A DNA stretch of 64,000 bases, from NCBI GenBank assembly GCA_964016885.1, contig OZ024750.1, positions 21,390,001 through 21,454,000 on the forward strand, read 5' to 3'. The position numbers and the translations under genes were made by a program. The notes below the pieces were generated by a model. It was not told the origin of the DNA and ran no database searches. It saw only the letters and a list, made by a program, of their open reading frames with translations. Positions 33,955 to 47,478 of this stretch are shown here, one piece after another; position 1 is the stretch's first letter, and each line of letters starts with the position of its first letter. The stretch comes from Eledone cirrhosa (taxonomy: Eukaryota).

Positions 33955-34290
33955 AATTGACTCGACAATTGATTTCCACGTGTGTCTATCGTGCATTGCC
34001 GTTGCCAAGTCCTGGTTTTCAATACCAAAATCTCTGAAGATGACATCGAGGTAGGAGCGCTTGCGCCCCTGTTATTAGAGATTTCTTGTGCTTTCCAAAG
34101 CGCTAATGGGGACACAGTCTCGTAGGTGGCACGATGGCAATGGCCAGTAAATCTTACTCTCCTTTTACGTACAACGACAGATATGTGTGCGAGGCCGGCA
34201 TATATGTCTTCCAGATATCGCTACCTTATGCTCTGAATGCGTTGAAGCAGGCGAGTGTATGTGCCATCAAGGTGCTTTTGTTACCTGGAA
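33955..34290 (-). mobile_element. Second RTE-clade LINE 3' fragment, same family as 32345-32578
   Basis: Minus strand QKHLDGTYTRLLQRIQ..IYAGLAHISVVVRKRRVRFTGHCHRAT; the DNA aligns with 32355-32575. Confidence 0.78.
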
Positions 34291-34933
34291 GAGTCTGATC
34301 TTGGTGTGGTTGGAAAGATATGAACGCCAAACTCGATCCATTTAAGCATGGGTGTACATGAGGATTTACTGGTCATGTCTATAATACTTACCATTGGTCA
34401 TAATCTGTGTGATGGGCTCTGACACAGAGACAAACAATATTATCAGTTTTCTCACATTATCTATTATATCTACATGCTGCAAGTACTATATTATCGTTGA
34501 CTGAGGAATAGTAAATAGAAGGAATTTCTTCATAATCGATTATTTCTATTGCAATATCAGTATATGTCACATTTCGCAATCCTGTCATTGATTAATCATT
34601 AGTAAGCTTAGAATCGTCTATCAGGATAGATTCTCTGTGATATATGTTCTGAAGCCTCCATATGAATGAAAAAGTTATAGCACTGTAGAAGTCTATATAT
34701 TATAAAGAAGCTTAAATTCTACCAACGTACTGAGTACCTTTTTTAACTGTGTTTACCCCCCCCCCCCCCCCCCCCAAGCAGCGCTCTAGAACATACATAT
34801 CATATATGCATATATATATATTTATATATAGAAAGGATGAATATAAAATGAAAGTGCTTTTGTTAAAAAAGGAATTTATATATATATATATTTCCACCTC
34901 ACACGTCCCTTCAATCTATCTAATTTGTCATTC

Positions 34934-34972
34934 GTTTTTCTGGTGATGGAACAGCGTCCGAAACGTTAAGAC
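34934..34972 (+). ncRNA. Degenerate hammerhead motif
   Basis: GTTTTT-CTGGTGA(core mutated)-T-GGA(acagcg)TCC-GAAA-CG-TT-AAGAC. Confidence 0.45.
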
Positions 34973-36173
34973 CTTCTTCCTGGTATTTTAACCGTTAACC
35001 TAACATATTCTTTCCATATACTGTACCGATTGTGTTTTTATTTCTATTTACCTTATATATATATATATGTGTGTGTGTGTACGCGTATGAAGATTATTGC
35101 CTAAGTTTATAAACAGTGGGATTTAATCCGAAACCACGTACCTGCTAAGTGAAATGCTTAACCACAGAGGCATGCCTTTGCTCATAGAGTCTCCATTGCG
35201 ACTATCTTTGTATTCCTATTTCTCTTACAGTTTATGGTGGCCTTTGAACCATTTACGTAGAAAGGTTTATAAATTGCTCAGGTAATTGCCGCTCTTTTAG
35301 ACAAACATCATAGATGTAATTCGTTCGTTTAATCTCAGAAGACTCTGATTAGATTTTTCGCCGTCCTCTCAGTTAATTTAATCCAACACAATTGGATTGA
35401 TTCCACAAGCGTTTTTCATAGCATTATGGCACAGCTTTTACATGGAGATAAACCCTAACACCTCGTCGTCAACGATGAACTCACGGTCAGTTCTTATAGT
35501 TCTTTATAACACCTCGATATGTTGAAAGCTGAACTTCCATTGGCCTCACACTAGCCTTTTATGAGCAGATGGGAAGGAAATGTAAATGTAAAGAGCGCAT
35601 AGATGCTTTGGATTTTTATGCACGACTACTAGCAAAAAGAAATTAAATTTATCACCGACTGTTTATTCACGTTTCATTGTTGATCTCCCTTCACTTTCTC
35701 TGATCCTGTGTTTGGTGGCGACTTTCTGCTTCTTTAACGTCTGTACAATAATAAAACAGCTGAATCGAAAGAAATAAAAGGTTTTAAGCTATCACAGGGA
35801 GAAGAACTTAATGAGAATTCCTGCAAGTCGGCATAGGTTAAAATTGTTTAATTGCTATCGCTTCTAGCGAACATCTTAAAGCAACCAACGTGATAATTTG
35901 TAATGCACCAGCTGTTACATCGAATATTTTAACAACTAATCAAAACTGAAATACGCACGGGCAATAAAATTTAGAATATATTCCTCAACTCAATTATTGC
36001 ATACGTGCATACACTATAAAACACATTTATGCACATCTACATACTTTCGAATATATATAATAGATGTTGTGTTCAATGGACAAATTTCTTACATCTCAAA
36101 TAACTCCCTAAACATCTGAAGAGGCTTAAACCATCGTCTTATGAAATAGGCATAGTTAGTGAGTACCCACATC

Positions 36174-36213
<40 letters not shown>

Positions 36214-36253
36214 CACACACACACACACACACACACAACACACAAACAAACAC

Positions 36254-36284
<31 letters not shown>

Positions 36285-36342
36285 TAGATAGATAGATAAA
36301 TAGATAAATATACACGGGTGTGTATGATTGTGTATAGAAGAT

Positions 36343-36760
36343 TATATTAATAGAAGGAATTCCAACTTTGTCTGATTTACTCGTTTTATTTACAATCCTT
36401 TAAAATGTATAATGGTATTAGAATGAAATACTATGGTAGAATATTAAATGTTAAGTGTTAATTGAACAAGGACTTTCATGCTTTCGCAATCTTCAGGTTC
36501 ATATTGTGTGGTGACAGTCAAGTTTGCAATTTTCAACTGAATTTTCAACTCAATTTTCAACTCAATTTTCACAGTTGAAAATTTCAAACTTGACTGTCAT
36601 CACACAATATGAACCTGAAGATTGCGAAAGCATGAAAGTACTTGTTCAATTAATACTTAACATTTAATATTCTACCATACTATTTCATTCTAATACCATT
36701 ATAAATTTTAAAGGATTGTAAATAAAACGAGTAAATCAGACAAGGTCGGAATTCCTTTTA

Positions 36761-36768
<8 letters not shown>
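36343..36768. mobile_element. Head-to-head inverted pLTR pair (~197-bp arms), each arm with an HHR; spacer of 12-bp stutters
   Basis: 36343-36539 is the near-identical reverse complement of 36572-36768; spacer is (CAATTTTCAACT)n; right end abuts (TA)n. Confidence 0.9.
36610..36648 (+). ncRNA. Minimal hammerhead ribozyme (mirror copy at 36463-36501 -)
   Basis: TGAAC-CTGAAGA-T-TGC(gaaa)GCA-T-GAAA-GTAC-TT-GTTCA. Confidence 0.75.
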
Positions 36769-36822
<54 letters not shown>

Positions 36823-36929
36823 GTGGGTAATAATAAATATTACCCAATTACAAGTATGTAAAATACCAAGTATACTACAGAGTCGAAATACAACATAAAT
36901 TACAATTTAAGAGTGTTTAAAACATTCGC

Positions 36930-36989
36930 CCACTTACGATCGTTTCACCTAGCCGGATCGTTTTAGCAAGGCCGGATTCATCGGAGTAG
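36930..36989 (-). ncRNA. Hammerhead motif (U4C core change) in a pLTR-like unit at about 36820-37030
   Basis: Minus strand CTACT-CCGATGA-[stem II]-GAAA-CGATCG-TA-AGTGG; palindromic ACGATCGT. Confidence 0.55.
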
Positions 36990-37369
36990 ATAATAAACTT
37001 CAAACACAAGTTGTGTCAAAGTTTTGATTTTATATTTGTGTTTGACCTACTGGTAAGGATTTTGGACTTAAGATCATAATGTCGTGGGTTCGATACTGTA
37101 GACTTATATATATATATATATGTGTGTGTGTGTGAGTGTGTGTGTACATGTATGTGTATATATATATATATATATACACAATGTTGAGTAAAGTACTCAC
37201 ACAGAGGGAAAAGGGAACAGAGACGCTAGCCAGTGATCCACCCACGCATCATTTGTGGTTGTTCTGTCCACATTCTTCTTCCCCAGGATTGTTAACCTGA
37301 TTGTTTAAAGTAGTATTTATAGCTATCAACTGTAGTTGTTTAGATATTATTATTTCATATACGTCCCTT

Positions 37370-37495
37370 TACGATCTGAGTTCAAATCCCGCTGAGGTTA
37401 ACTTTGCCTTTCATCCTTACATGGTCGATAAAATAAAGTACCAGTAATGCACTGGTTAATTGCTGGCCTTGTGCCAAAAGTAGAAACAATTATTT
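37370..37495 (+). mobile_element. SINE family 1, 3' part
   Basis: B-box GAGTTCAAATCCC followed by the same body as 23100-23280. Confidence 0.8.
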
Positions 37496-37517
37496 CATAT
37501 ATACATACACATATGTG

Positions 37518-37592
<75 letters not shown>

Positions 37593-38379
37593 ATACACAT
37601 ACATGTGCGTTCCTATATATGATAGTCTGTGTTTAATGTTGCATAGCGTAATGATATGAACATAGTTTGCTTGTGATATATCACGTAGATCTCTCTATAC
37701 TAGCACTCATTCAATCCACAGCTGCGAAATTTAATTAATCAAACTCTGCTGCGTTCATCAAATATATAGTAACTGTTAATTACACTCACCATTTGACAGG
37801 CTTACAGCTATTTATATAAGATGAAATAGTAAATATTCGCCGTCCGATGTCAATGTTCGTGTGATACATTGTGGTCATTGTATGCAAGCTATGAAATATT
37901 AACCTTTTGCATAGCCCAACCATACTTTGCAGCAGTGAACTATCTCAAGGCATTTACATGCATCGTGAATACGATGAATTTTCAATGGCATTAGCTCACG
38001 GCCTATAGCCGGATCCATATATGTATGGACGTGCGCACAGGCCCGCGCGCATGTACAAGCTCAGATACTCTGTTTAACACCCACGAACAATCCTAGGAAC
38101 GTTTCATAAATAATACGACCCCGTATCCAACCTACGTTCAAATGTAACAATCGTTTCAAAATTAATAAAGCTATGGTCTATAAATCTTAGACTGGATTAC
38201 ATATCTTTCCAGATCGTACATCTTATCTTCATGTATACACCCTGACATACAACTGCCTTACCAACAAACGGGTTAGGGTTTCTCCGAAATGGTGAGATAT
38301 AGAGGGTGGGGACGACGAAACAAACTGCCACCAGATTTCTCTGAATAGCTCAGTAGGATCTCCATGTGAACACGCAGTG

Positions 38380-38520
38380 ATGTTGTGAGTCGACAGAAAG
38401 TCGTTCATCCAGGAGACAAGACACTGATAGAACGTGTAGTCAAATATTGTGGTCGAAACACATGCACACTAGACGTGCTCGATAACCTTGCTGATATTGA
38501 AAGTATCAATTTTCATTAAA
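38380..38520 (-). pseudogene. Possible degenerate LINE RT fragment (CR1/Jockey-like)
   Basis: Minus strand FNISKVIEHV....LVSWMNDFLS resembles LDISKAFDRV....L..WI.SFLS. Confidence 0.35.
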
Positions 38521-38624
38521 TATATCGATGTTGCGAATCTCCTGGTCTGTGACAAATTAGAGTAAGTCTTCAGTGGATCAAACCTTTCCAAGGCCCTTTT
38601 TGGTGATAACTAAAAAGATCAACT

Positions 38625-38842
38625 CGTGGATTGAGTAGGTTATACCTAGAAGGAAGGCTGGGTGGTAAGAGAGGCAAAGGCCGGCAGCCAAAACGATGGC
38701 TTGATAATGTCAACTTATGGACTGGACTTGATCTTTGCTCTTTAAACTCTTCTGCTGGTCATCGAACTTTGTGGAGAAAAATATCTCGTGTTGATGCGCA
38801 GTCTGCAACTGGCGGAGTTTAGCGAATAAGAGAAAGAAGAAA
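38625..38842 (+). mobile_element. RTE-clade LINE 3' end
   Basis: LEGRLGGKRGKGRQPKRWLDNVNLWTG....HRTLWRK matches the RTE C-terminal motif; GAA-rich tail follows the stop. Confidence 0.8.
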
Positions 38843-40039
38843 CAACATTCAATATGGTGGAGAAACCATTGATCCAAAAGTTAACACTTAGATAAACTGC
38901 CATCAAAGCAATAAATTCATTTTTCACAGGTTATGAATATCACGACTTTACAAAGATGGTCATATTTATTTTATTTATTGTGTATAAAATAAAATGCTTG
39001 TCTTATTATTGTTGAATATAATTTGTTGTTTAGTACTAATGCGTTAGTACAAATATTATTTGAATAAATAATTTGAGTTTAGTGACTGTTATTATTACAA
39101 TTAACTAACCTCTTATGAGTACATTTTACCAGAGTGTGATATACTGCACACACCAATTTATGGATAGATTCTTTCAGGTTTTCTCACTATCCATTAAATG
39201 AAGTCCACTAAGTGTATTTCTCTTTGTAATATACCATACGTGGAATGAAAACATTTCCCTGCTAAGCATTTTAAAACATTACAGGCTACTATATAATGAA
39301 TATAACGTAAAACTTCTTATATTTGAATGTCTTTTGCATAAATAAATATTAATAGATTCACACCATGTGAATAAATTCTAATGGCTTTCGTTTATGTTTC
39401 ATATATTGAAGTTCAGTAACAATAGTTCTAAAATAAATAGACATAATAATGTTTGAATTGTTTGAAACTATACGAATAACTCGAAACATCAAATGCATGA
39501 TAATTTGTTAGGATAAGACCGAACAACAAAATTTCGAATAGGAATTCTAAAGAAGAATTGTGGAAAGGAGATTAGATCGATATGATATCTGGATGAAGAG
39601 ACGCGCAAGAGGAGGTAGTAATTGTTTTGATAAATATGAAACATGACATATTAGATTGATCAAACAACTGGATCAATACAAACAATTGTCCCATGTTACC
39701 GTGAACAGTGTTAAGCCAGAACATATGTGGCTTACAAAGACAAATTAATGCAACATTATACATCTTATATATCTATAATTCAGGTTGTATCACGCTACGA
39801 ATTTATACAAAAACAGAAAGTGTTTATCGCATATTATGGGCAAAACTGACATCACAAATTTATATCATTTATGAATATATATTTCTATGCAATATCTAAA
39901 CTAATACTTTCACGCTTAGAATAAATACAACACGGTAGTTTAAGTGATAACACTGCGGAGTTGGAATACATGACTCAGTTTAGAATGCTAGTCGATATAT
40001 TACTTCAGAAAGACGAAAAACTTCTATTGAGATTTTTAA

Positions 40040-40500
40040 AAAGGTTTCTTATATAAGCACAAGGCCAGAAATTTGGGAGGAGGGGGAAAGTCGATTAAAT
40101 CAAGCCCAGTGCTTTATTTTACCGACCCCGTTAGGATGAAAGGCAATGTTAACCTCGGTGGGATTTTCAAATCAGATCATAAAGGGCCGTAACTCTATGC
40201 TGCAAATCATGGCGTCTGACCCTCTACAGATACTGCCAATCCACCGCCCTTCTTTTGAGATAAATAATGGTTTCTTATATAGGCACAAGGCCAGCAATTT
40301 TGCGGGAGGAGAAAGTCGATTAAATCGACCCCAGTGCGTGACCTGTACTTTGTTTTATCGACCCCTTTAGGAGGAAAGGCAAAGTTAACCTCGGCAGGAT
40401 TTTGAACTCAGATCATAAATGTCCGTATTTCTATGCTGCAAAGCATGACGTCCGACCTTCTACAAATACTGCCAATCCATCGCCCTTTTATTGGGATAAA
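40040..40500 (-). mobile_element. Two tandem SINE family 1 copies
   Basis: Two reverse-complement copies (about 40040-40265 and 40265-40500) of the family 1 body. Confidence 0.8.
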
Positions 40501-40859
40501 TAATACAATATTTATTATATTTTTCAGTTTTTGTTTTCGTATTAATTATTATCTGAATATTCATATATAAAGGATTTTGATATTGCAAATACAGAGTTGT
40601 GTAAAGGGACATACATCGTTTCCAATGATGTGTGTACGATCTCGTTAAATTGACGTGCTTGTGGTTGTGTATTCACCTAGATATGTGAACCCTTAACATA
40701 ACTCTGAAGTACGATCAGCCTGAAACAATGTGTGGCATGGCTGACATCGTGAATTATAGGCGTAATTTGAAAACTAGCCAAATATTCAACGTGTTCTTTC
40801 AAACCTTACTTTGATCTCAAGTATATTTACATAAACGACTGACATCTACTACAAATATT

Positions 40860-40922
<63 letters not shown>

Positions 40923-41174
40923 TTGTTTGTAGGAATGTGCGTACGTATATATGAATATTTATATATACATACATATATATATACATATATATATATAAAT
41001 ACATATATATATATATATATATACACTTATATATACATATATATACATATATATATATACATATATATATATATACACAAATATATATACATATATATAT
41101 ATATACAAATATATATATACATATATATATATACAAATATATATATACATATATATATATACATACATAAATAC

Positions 41175-41279
<105 letters not shown>

Positions 41280-41325
41280 TACGCACATTCATACAAACAC
41301 ACCCATATATATATAGTTATATATA

Positions 41326-41549
41326 TTTATTAAAATAACAGATTAAAGTTTATGCCAAGAATCGCTGCTTTCACCTTTAACGGGATCTTCTGAAACTAAC
41401 AAAGTCAATCTGTAAACGCAGAAGTGGATATTTCAAAAAACGTTGCAACCGGAGGAAGACAGGAAGACGATACTTTGGTTCGTGGAAACGTTCCCTGGCA
41501 AAGAACGAGCCCTCTTTGGATTTTAGTCTTCAAATTTATTATTATTACT
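41326..41549 (-). mobile_element. Family A element, internally shorter copy
   Basis: Reverse complement of 1300-1343 joined directly to 1508-1695. Confidence 0.8.
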
Positions 41550-41641
41550 ATATAGTTATATATATAGAGTTATAAATATAGTTACATATATAGTTATATA
41601 GTTATATATATACTTATACATATATAGTTATATATATATAG

Positions 41642-41692
<51 letters not shown>

Positions 41693-41764
41693 TATATATA
41701 TATATATATATAGTTATATATATATATAGTTATATATATATAGTTATATATATATATATAGATA

Positions 41765-41805
<41 letters not shown>

Positions 41806-41967
41806 TTATATATATATATATAGTTTTATATACATATAGTTTTATATATATATAGTTATATATATATATATATATATATATAGTTATATATATATATAGT
41901 TATATATATATAGTTATATATATATATATAGTTATATATATATAGTTATATATATATATATATATAG

Positions 41968-42006
<39 letters not shown>

Positions 42007-42034
42007 TATATATACAGTTATATATATATATAGT

Positions 42035-42066
<32 letters not shown>

Positions 42067-42550
42067 TATATATATAGTTATATATATATATAGTTATATA
42101 TATATATATAGTTATATATATATATATAGTTATATATAGTTATATATATATATATAGTTATATATATATAGTTATATATATATATATATAGTTATATATA
42201 TATATAGTTATATATATATATAGTTATATATATATATATAGTTATATATATATATATAGTTATATATATATATATAGTTATATATATATATATATAGTTA
42301 TATATATATATATAGTTATATATATATATATAGTTATATATATAGTTATATATATATATATATAGTTATATATATATATAGTTATATATATATATATATA
42401 GTTATATATATATATATATAGTTATATATATATATATATAGTTATATATATATATATAGTTATATATATATATATAGTTATATATATATATATATATAGT
42501 TATATATATATATATAGTTATATATATATATATAGTTATATATACATACA
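41550..42550. repeat. [(TA)nGT]n variant array
   Basis: TAGTTA units separated by variable (TA) runs. Confidence 0.92.
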
Positions 42551-42674
42551 TACACACAGAGATATCAACGGCAAGTTGTGGGGTCTATTCTGCATGAAGA
42601 ACTCAGTGTAATTGAAAATGTTGTAGGTTATGATAGATCCTGGAAAACAATAAAACATTAAAAGGAAAACAGTC

Positions 42675-43332
42675 ATAAGTTAAAACAATGAAATAAAAAA
42701 TCAAGTCATTAGAGATATACCTCACTGCTTTACGATCGTTTCTAGGTGATGATAATACATTGTAGCTATACTTCGTTATTGATCTATGTAAGGTTAGTTA
42801 CAAAATATCAGATAAAGAGAATATTTATTCACATGCATATCACCAGCTGTTTTCAAAAGCAATAATAATTTTATTCAGAATTAGTAGTATGTTAGTATCT
42901 TGTCCTTATTTGGATGTAGTTGAAGAACTAACCAATCAAATTGTTTTTTCATATGATATGAAAGTAATTCACTCTAGTTGAGGTCATGACCCTTTGAAAG
43001 GAATGGTTGAATGGTGTTAATAATAGAATTGCTATAAAAAAAACATATTAGGAGGAAAGGGATTGTCAAAGTGATAGTTGAATGTATCTGGTATAGTGAA
43101 GTTTAAAAGGAATGTAAAAATAAATGATGATTAATGTTGTATGGAGTTTTTAGGTGAATATAAATTAAGGTCATATTCAAGGTCATAAATATTCTCTTTA
43201 TCTGATATTTTGTAACTAACCTTACATAGATCAATAACGAAGTATAGCTACAATGTATTATCATCACCTAGAAACGATCATAAACAGTGAAGTATATCTC
43301 TAATGACTTGATTTTTTATTTCATTGTTTTAA

Positions 43333-43337
<5 letters not shown>
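42675..43337. mobile_element. ~153-bp inverted repeat with ~356-bp spacer, right end at (TA)n (probable PLE inverted pLTR)
   Basis: 42675-42828 vs 43185-43337. Includes GAAACGATC(G/A)TA, the HHR 3' half also seen at 36930. Confidence 0.8.
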
Positions 43338-43386
<49 letters not shown>

Positions 43387-43706
43387 TATATATATCATAG
43401 CTACATACATATATACATACATATATATGTCAAAAGCAATGCAGCAAGAACAATGGAATTTGGCAAAAGGTTTTATATATTATAGTTGCGAGTTACCCCT
43501 TTGCTGCTACAACATGAAGTGTGTAATATAAAATATATTCTGTTGTATCAACCTAAAGCAATTATTTTGTCAATCTTTCATAAAATGTCTATGTTTGGTT
43601 ATTAATTCATCCTCTTTGTTCTCTTTCTTTCTTTTTTTTTTGTAGGTAAGTACCATTAAATTTGGACAGCTTTGTCTTAAGCAACAGTGAGTCATTTTGT
43701 AAGTCA

Positions 43707-43708
<2 letters not shown>

Positions 43709-43790
<82 letters not shown>
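43709..43790. repeat. (ATT)n microsatellite
   Basis: Direct reading. Confidence 0.95.
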
Positions 43791-44809
43791 GCTGTTGGTG
43801 GTGTTCTTGTAAATTTCATTCTTAATATGATTGTTGTTTTAAATATTATGCGTGGGTTTATTATGTTAAAAACAAAGTACATGAAATGTTCAATGTAGCT
43901 GAAGGGGTTCCAAGTAAAACGATTGCAAACACTGTAGGTCAACTACTGCACCTATAATCAGCTATATGCATGTAATACATATTTATGTCTTTGAGAAGGG
44001 GATTATGCCTATAAACTTTCGGAGTCTTCGATAAGTGGGGGATAGTGGCAACTTTGGATTTCTAGTCGAAAAATATAGATATGAATATGAATATGTTCGT
44101 CGGCTTTCACAAAGTTTCTGTTTACCAAAATTACCTGGATTCAATGGGAACTTCTAAAATGAAAAACCATGCTTTCGACCTTATTAATTCATATCCTGTA
44201 TTTACTAACAGTGTAGTATTTCTATATCCCAAAACTTAACTGCTTGGGTATAAATACCTTATGGACGATATGGTGGAATAGATTAGTGTTCTTAGTGTCA
44301 GTTGTCAAACGAGTTGAAAGGTTCATAAGCATCAGGGAAACGTGAATCGTTTTCTAATACTTACAATTACGGGTAAGATATGACAACCATGAATCAGTGT
44401 TATTTGAAAACGCTTATATACTTCTTACGCATTACACATATGTTGAGAGAAACACAATATGTTAAATACTTATTTTTTCAGCATTTGTTGCCTTGATGCC
44501 TCAATGTGTTTCTAAATTAATAATATTTACACTCGAAGCATCTTACAGTGTGTGTAAGGTGCTGCGAGTCATTGTATTTTATAATCCCATCCACCCTTCA
44601 AAAGCAAGCAACTAATAGAAATTTTATTTGCGATTCTCATTTCATTTAATCCCTAGATTTTTGTTTCAAAGGTCTTGAAAATGTTAGTACTTGAAGTGTA
44701 TTACATTATTATATACAATATGTGTTCGTTTGTTTTAATTTTTTAATTTTACAGACATGGGACATATGTTTACTGTACAAGTTTGTTATATACACATATA
44801 TACACCACA

Positions 44810-44945
44810 TCCGAATACAGAAGAACCAAAATCCCACTGCCACTGCCTCCGTCTCTCCCACTCTCACCATCTCTCACTATTGTGAGAAAATGGGGTCACA
44901 CGCACTGGCCGCCACTAGGCCTCGGCGGACAGAATAGAGAATATT
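44810..44945 (-). mobile_element. 3' tip of CRE-like element, same family as 62299-62620
   Basis: Aligns with 62299-62430 (GTGAGAAAATGGGGTC..CTGGCC..CGGCGGACAGAAT). Confidence 0.65.
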
Positions 44946-46289
44946 ATATAGAAAGATAAAATGCAAGGTCAACATTGGCGGAATTTGAACTTAGAAACAT
45001 AAAAGCCAAACAATATCACAATGCATTTTATTCCATCGACTAACAGTTCTACCAATACGTCATTACAGTATATCTAAGGTTAAGAAGATATGTTGCCGTT
45101 TTATTCGACGTCTTGTAAATAAATACTATGGGAATGTAAAATTTGACGCTGTAAGTAGAATTAACATTTTACAAGTATTTCATTATCTGGAATTGGCAAA
45201 ACAATTGGTCTTTAGTTTACAGTAAAGACATATTTGTCTCAGTAACTTACAGCATAGAATTTCGTTCGCTTTTTAACGGATTCAGCAAATGATATAATAG
45301 CGAGAATTCTCTCGATATGAATAAACTTTGTAATAATCGACAAAGATCTGATATCTTCAAAACACTACTACTTACTTTAGTATTGGTTTCTATTCAAAAG
45401 GAATAGCAAACATTTCATTTCTATATCTGCTTATCGCTACTTATGATAATAGTTGAATGTGCGTAAAGCTACGTATGCTTATAGCTAGGTATGTGTATAT
45501 AACATTGTGAGTTTATTACTCAGTATGCCAATAGATTTGGATGGTTAGGTGTGTACTGATAGTTGTATATGCGTATAGATACGCATCCTTTTAAGTGGGT
45601 ATCGTTATGGCTATATATACTTATATGTGTGTATGCTTATGCTTACGCATGCATATACTGACGCATGCTTATAGCTATTAATACTCATAACTGCCCATCC
45701 GCATTGGTGTGTATTGTTAAAGCTATGTGTGCTGTAGAAACGGTAATATCTTTCTGGAAATCAAATTATCTCATCAAATGCCGAAAGTACTTCACTTGTT
45801 CTTCATATTACTGTTGCTACTCGAGTGATTCCCGTTTTTCACTGTGGTTGTCCCCTTGTATAGTCTCTTTCGTAATATATCTGACTCATGGGAATCTCTT
45901 CAAAACAGAGAGAAAATAAAATCAAATAAATAAATGTTTATTGGGTCTCTAGTAATAAATTTACAACAATTTACAATTACTTAAATCTGAAAAATCACCC
46001 AAGGCAATTGAATTTCATAACCCTACAGATATTTCTTTACATATCACGATATATCGAAAGTTTGGGCAAGTACAGTGTGTTATGTTTAATTTCTGATTTT
46101 CAGATTTTAATTATTGAATTTAAATAGCATCTGAAGCAATCTTAATATATCTAATCTTACCAAGCCTATAAAATATTCGGTATATTCGTAATGTCATATG
46201 TTTGCCATTAGCGGATTTATAAGTAAGCGTTTCCAGCTGTTTATGAAATTAGATAAGTGATAATGTGATCCGATTTGGAAACGCTTAAT

Positions 46290-46480
46290 ATATACATACG
46301 TACATGCATACATACATACATACATACATACATACATACATACATACATACATACATACATACATACGTACGTACGTACGTACGTACATACATACATACA
46401 TACATACATACATACATACATACATACATACATACATACATACATACATACATACATACATACATACATACATACATACA

Positions 46481-46510
<30 letters not shown>
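46290..46510. repeat. (TACA)n microsatellite
   Basis: Direct reading. Confidence 0.95.
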
Positions 46511-46511
<1 letters not shown>

Positions 46512-46733
46512 CATATATATATATACCGATATGGGGTTGATGGCCGAGGGAAAATGTGCTCAATACTTAAGTAGAGTTTTATTAAGGCTAAACAGTGAAT
46601 ATTGCTACTCTGGAGTTTCGCTGTTCCTCATATATATGATTATATATATGCGCGCGCGCATGTGTGTGTGTATGTGGGATTGAGACATTTTATTCATTTT
46701 ATGCGTGTTTCACCAAGAACATAGAACATATCA

Positions 46734-46769
<36 letters not shown>

Positions 46770-46777
<8 letters not shown>

Positions 46778-47478
46778 GTGAGGTTTCTTTTACAAAATGA
46801 AATATAACCGAGGTGTCCTACGGAAAGTATAAGGAAAAAAGATGGAATCAAAAATGCAACTGGAGTCTTTTTTTTTAAATATATGTTTATTTGGTTCCTT
46901 TACCGGTTTCGTAGTTCTTCTACTTTTCAAAAGTAGAATTGAGATGGAGGGTTTGTGGTTTTTCTCACATCTGGTTGATCTTTGAATGTTACTTCAGTTT
47001 TATATGGAAAAAAGTGGCTCCTATTTGGGAATTTATTTTGTAGCCTTTTAGAGAATGTTGTGCCATACAAAAGATAATGGTCAAGAAAAATGGGATGGGG
47101 AGAATTATTCTCGTTCAGTGAATATGGCTGGTGCGCTGGGGTGTCAGAATTCAGACTTTCTATTGAAATAAAGAGAGTAGAGATATGTATGTTTATTTGT
47201 GTGTGTGTCTGTGTGTGGGGGGGGGGGTATGGTTAGCATGTTAAGATGGAGAGAATATATATATTTTTTGTTAGTGTATGTCGGAAAATGATTCCGTTTG
47301 TAGAAATGGGGGAGGGAGTTATGTGTGTGTGGGGTGTGTGGTTAGCATGTTAAGGTGTTAGAGTAACGTATGTTAAGGTTTATTTAGTTCTGGTTTTTAT
47401 TTTCTAAAGTAGGTGTTATGTGTGTGTGTATGTGTCTGTTTGAATGGTTAGCATGTTATGGTGTTGACATAATGTATA
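46770..47478 (-). mobile_element. 3' UTR/pLTR of family C PLE
   Basis: Follows the ORF stop; three GGTTAGCATGTTA repeats; HHR at 46897-46934; ends at (TA)n. Confidence 0.85.
46897..46934 (-). ncRNA. Hammerhead ribozyme, U3-A8 core variant
   Basis: Minus strand ACTT-TTGAAAA-GTAG(aagaa)CTAC-GAAA-CCGG-TA-AAGG. Confidence 0.8.

Noticed and set aside
36110-36160. CTGAAGA..GAAA..TA hammerhead-like string
   Set aside because: Stems I and II pair poorly; too degenerate to call.
41550-42550. Regularly interrupted array resembling repeat-spacer (CRISPR-like) organisation
   Set aside because: The spacers are only (TA)n of variable length; eukaryotic context with no cas genes.
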